Source: Alphaproteobacteria bacterium (GTDB lineage Bacteria > Pseudomonadota > Alphaproteobacteria > UBA828). Taken from it: a stretch of 64,000 bases of DNA. Each line of letters begins with the position of its first letter. Positions within the stretch are counted from its first letter, which is position 1. Positions 62,274 through 64,000 of this stretch are shown here, one piece after another. The notes beneath the pieces are model-generated. The model was not told the origin of the DNA. It ran no database searches and saw only the letters and a program-made list of their open reading frames with translations. The stretch is from NCBI GenBank assembly GCA_965214705.1, contig CBDCCI010000002.1:2880001-2944000 (forward strand). The letters are read 5' to 3'. A program made the position numbers and the translations under genes.

Positions 62274-63043
62274 CGACGGATCAGACGGCCACCGGTTTCG
62301 GGCTTCCTTCCGAGAAGAAGATCGGCTTCGACCATCCGTGGGCCTGGCTCGCGGCCGGCTACCGCGACATGAAGAAGTCCCCTCACGTGAGCCTCAGCTA
62401 CGGCGCGCTCTTCGCCGCCATGGGGTGCCTGCTGACCTACGGCCTCTACGAGCTCGACGCGGTCTACGTCGCGCTGCCGCTGGCGGCGGGCTTCATGCTG
62501 ATGGGGCCGCTGCTCGCCGTCGGGCTCTACGAGGTGAGCCGCCGCCATGCTGCGGGCGAGAAGGTGACGCTGGGCGCGGCGCTTGGCGCCTGGCGGCGGG
62601 ATCCGGGCGGCGTGTTCGCGCTCGGCTTCGTGCTGATGCTGGTGTTCCTGCTCTGGATCCGCATCGCGACGCTGCTGTTTGCGCTCTTCTACGGAGTCGG
62701 CGAGTTCCACGCCGACGCGTTTGTCTCCGAGACCTTCTTCTCGTTCAAGACGATCTGGTTCCTGATCACGGGCATCGGCATCGGCGCCGTGTTCGCGACC
62801 ATCGTCTTTTCCATGAGCGCGATCGCCTTCCCCATGATCATCGACCGGAAGTCGGGCGCGACGGTCGCCATCCTCTGCAGCCTGCGCGCGGTCGCTCACA
62901 ACTGGCGCCCGCTGGTCCTCTGGGCCGGCCTGATCGTCGCCTTCTCGATCGCAGGCCTCGTGGTCGTCTATATCGGCCTGATCTTCACCCTGCCCCTGAT
63001 CGGCCACGCGAGCTATCACGCCTACCGCGACCTGGTCGAGTAG
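62270..63043 (+). CDS. DUF2189 membrane protein
   Basis: PWAWLAAG, GLYEVSRR, PLIGHASYHAYRDL. Confidence 0.85.
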   Translation: MTTDQTATGFGLPSEKKIGFDHPWAWLAAGYRDMKKSPHVSLSYGALFAAMGCLLTYGLYELDAVYVALPLAAGFMLMGPLLAVGLYEVSRRHAAGEKVTLGAALGAWRRDPGGVFALGFVLMLVFLLWIRIATLLFALFYGVGEFHADAFVSETFFSFKTIWFLITGIGIGAVFATIVFSMSAIAFPMIIDRKSGATVAILCSLRAVAHNWRPLVLWAGLIVAFSIAGLVVVYIGLIFTLPLIGHASYHAYRDLVE

Positions 63044-63210
63044 CGGCGACAGTCAGACCGGGCACGGACCGGACACACACATCTGCAGATGGGCGCGTCG
63101 ATCCAGCCGATGAAGGCGCGCTGGACAGGTTCACCGTTCGTGTCTTGGGAGTCGCTATTGCGCAACCGACAACACCGCACATCGAAGGCGACCAGATCAG
63201 GGACGAAGGC

Positions 63211-63600
63211 ATGTCCCCCAAATCCGTTCGAGATCGACGCCTACCCGCCGTCACAAGTCGCGCGGCGTGTCGAATCCGCGGGCGTTGCCAGGACGCGTCT
63301 CTCGACGATGCAAGCGTTCGGTATCACCACTCCTGGCGGTGCGCTCATCGCCTTCGGCGGAACGACTTACACTGTCGGCGTGACCCGCTCGGAGCCCGTC
63401 TTCGCGGCGACCCGGCTTCTCCCCGGCATTGCCTTCTCACTCTGCCCGATGCTGACCGTCACCGGTGGAGCGGAACTCTTCACTGGAAACAATTTTATCA
63501 CCGTGGCCTGGGCTGACCGGAAGTGACGAAGCGTCACCTGCGCCGCAACTGGCTTCTGGTATATCTGGACCCAGGCAACATCGCCGACGCCCGAATAGCG
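63211..63600 (+). pseudogene. Formate/nitrite transporter remnant
   Basis: DAYPP, GALIAFG, GAELFTGNN; frameshifted start and premature stop at 63526. Confidence 0.7.
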
Positions 63601-63752
63601 TAGGGGAGGGGGCAGGACGCAGGAGAGCCCAAGGAACGGCGCTGCTGCTCTCCTGAGCGGTCGCCTCTCAACGGTGTCGTCGTGAGTTGACAGTGTTGGT
63701 CCGCACGCTCGGCCTTGCTGCGCGAGCGGCGCGAACTCGGGTAGCTTGAACG

Positions 63753-64000
63753 ATGGACCCGTTCGTCGAGATGCTGTTTTGGACCGCGCTCGCCGGGTCT
63801 TGCATACCGGTGGGCGCCTCCCTCGCGCGGATCGAGCGCATTCGCCCACTTTGGCTGGAGGAGGAGTTTCGCCACTTCGTGATCGCCTTCGGCGGCGGCG
63901 TGTTGCTCGGCGCCGTGGCCCTGGTACTGGTGCCGGAAGGAGTGGCGCACGTGTCCCAGCCGTGGGCGGTTGCCGGCCTGATGCTGGCGGGTGGTGTGAC
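63753..64000 (+). CDS. ZIP-family metal transporter, 5' part
   Basis: Manual translation MDPF..FRHFVIAFGGGVLLGAVALVLVPEG; runs off the window. Confidence 0.75.
   Translation, partial: MDPFVEMLFWTALAGSCIPVGASLARIERIRPLWLEEEFRHFVIAFGGGVLLGAVALVLVPEGVAHVSQPWAVAGLMLAGGV

Overview
GC-rich bacterial chromosome window; the gene set (cbb3 cco/fix operon, RpoH, REP-like palindromes) suggests an alphaproteobacterium (inference). Housekeeping blocks: acetoin-dehydrogenase E1 genes, F420 genes cofC/fbiC, a fused E1 alpha-beta dehydrogenase, dps, katG-oxyR, kefC/GST/ArsR detox genes, rpoH, an ECF sigma/DGPF pair, and ccoNOQP-GHIS. Accessory DNA: an AT-rich single-chain R-M gene, three complete IS elements with readable IRs and TSDs (IS1634, IS5, IS66), a tyrosine integrase, R-M and IS remnants, and a ~5 kb block bracketed by a duplicated oxyR 3' end. 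The most notable object is a 5 kb Mu-like module at 16036-21045 (S24 repressor + lipoprotein, Cro-like, Gam-like, GemA-like, Mor-like activator, divergent DUF5675 lysis-type cassette) with no transposase or virion genes. The promoter of the lysis-type cassette shares an exact 23-bp dyad-containing box and identical spacing with a second copy 8 kb away that IS1634 has split. The dyad sits at -43.5, as in Mu Mor/C-activated promoters, suggesting a dispersed, possibly domesticated Mor regulon. Family assignments are from motif recognition only; no database searches were run.
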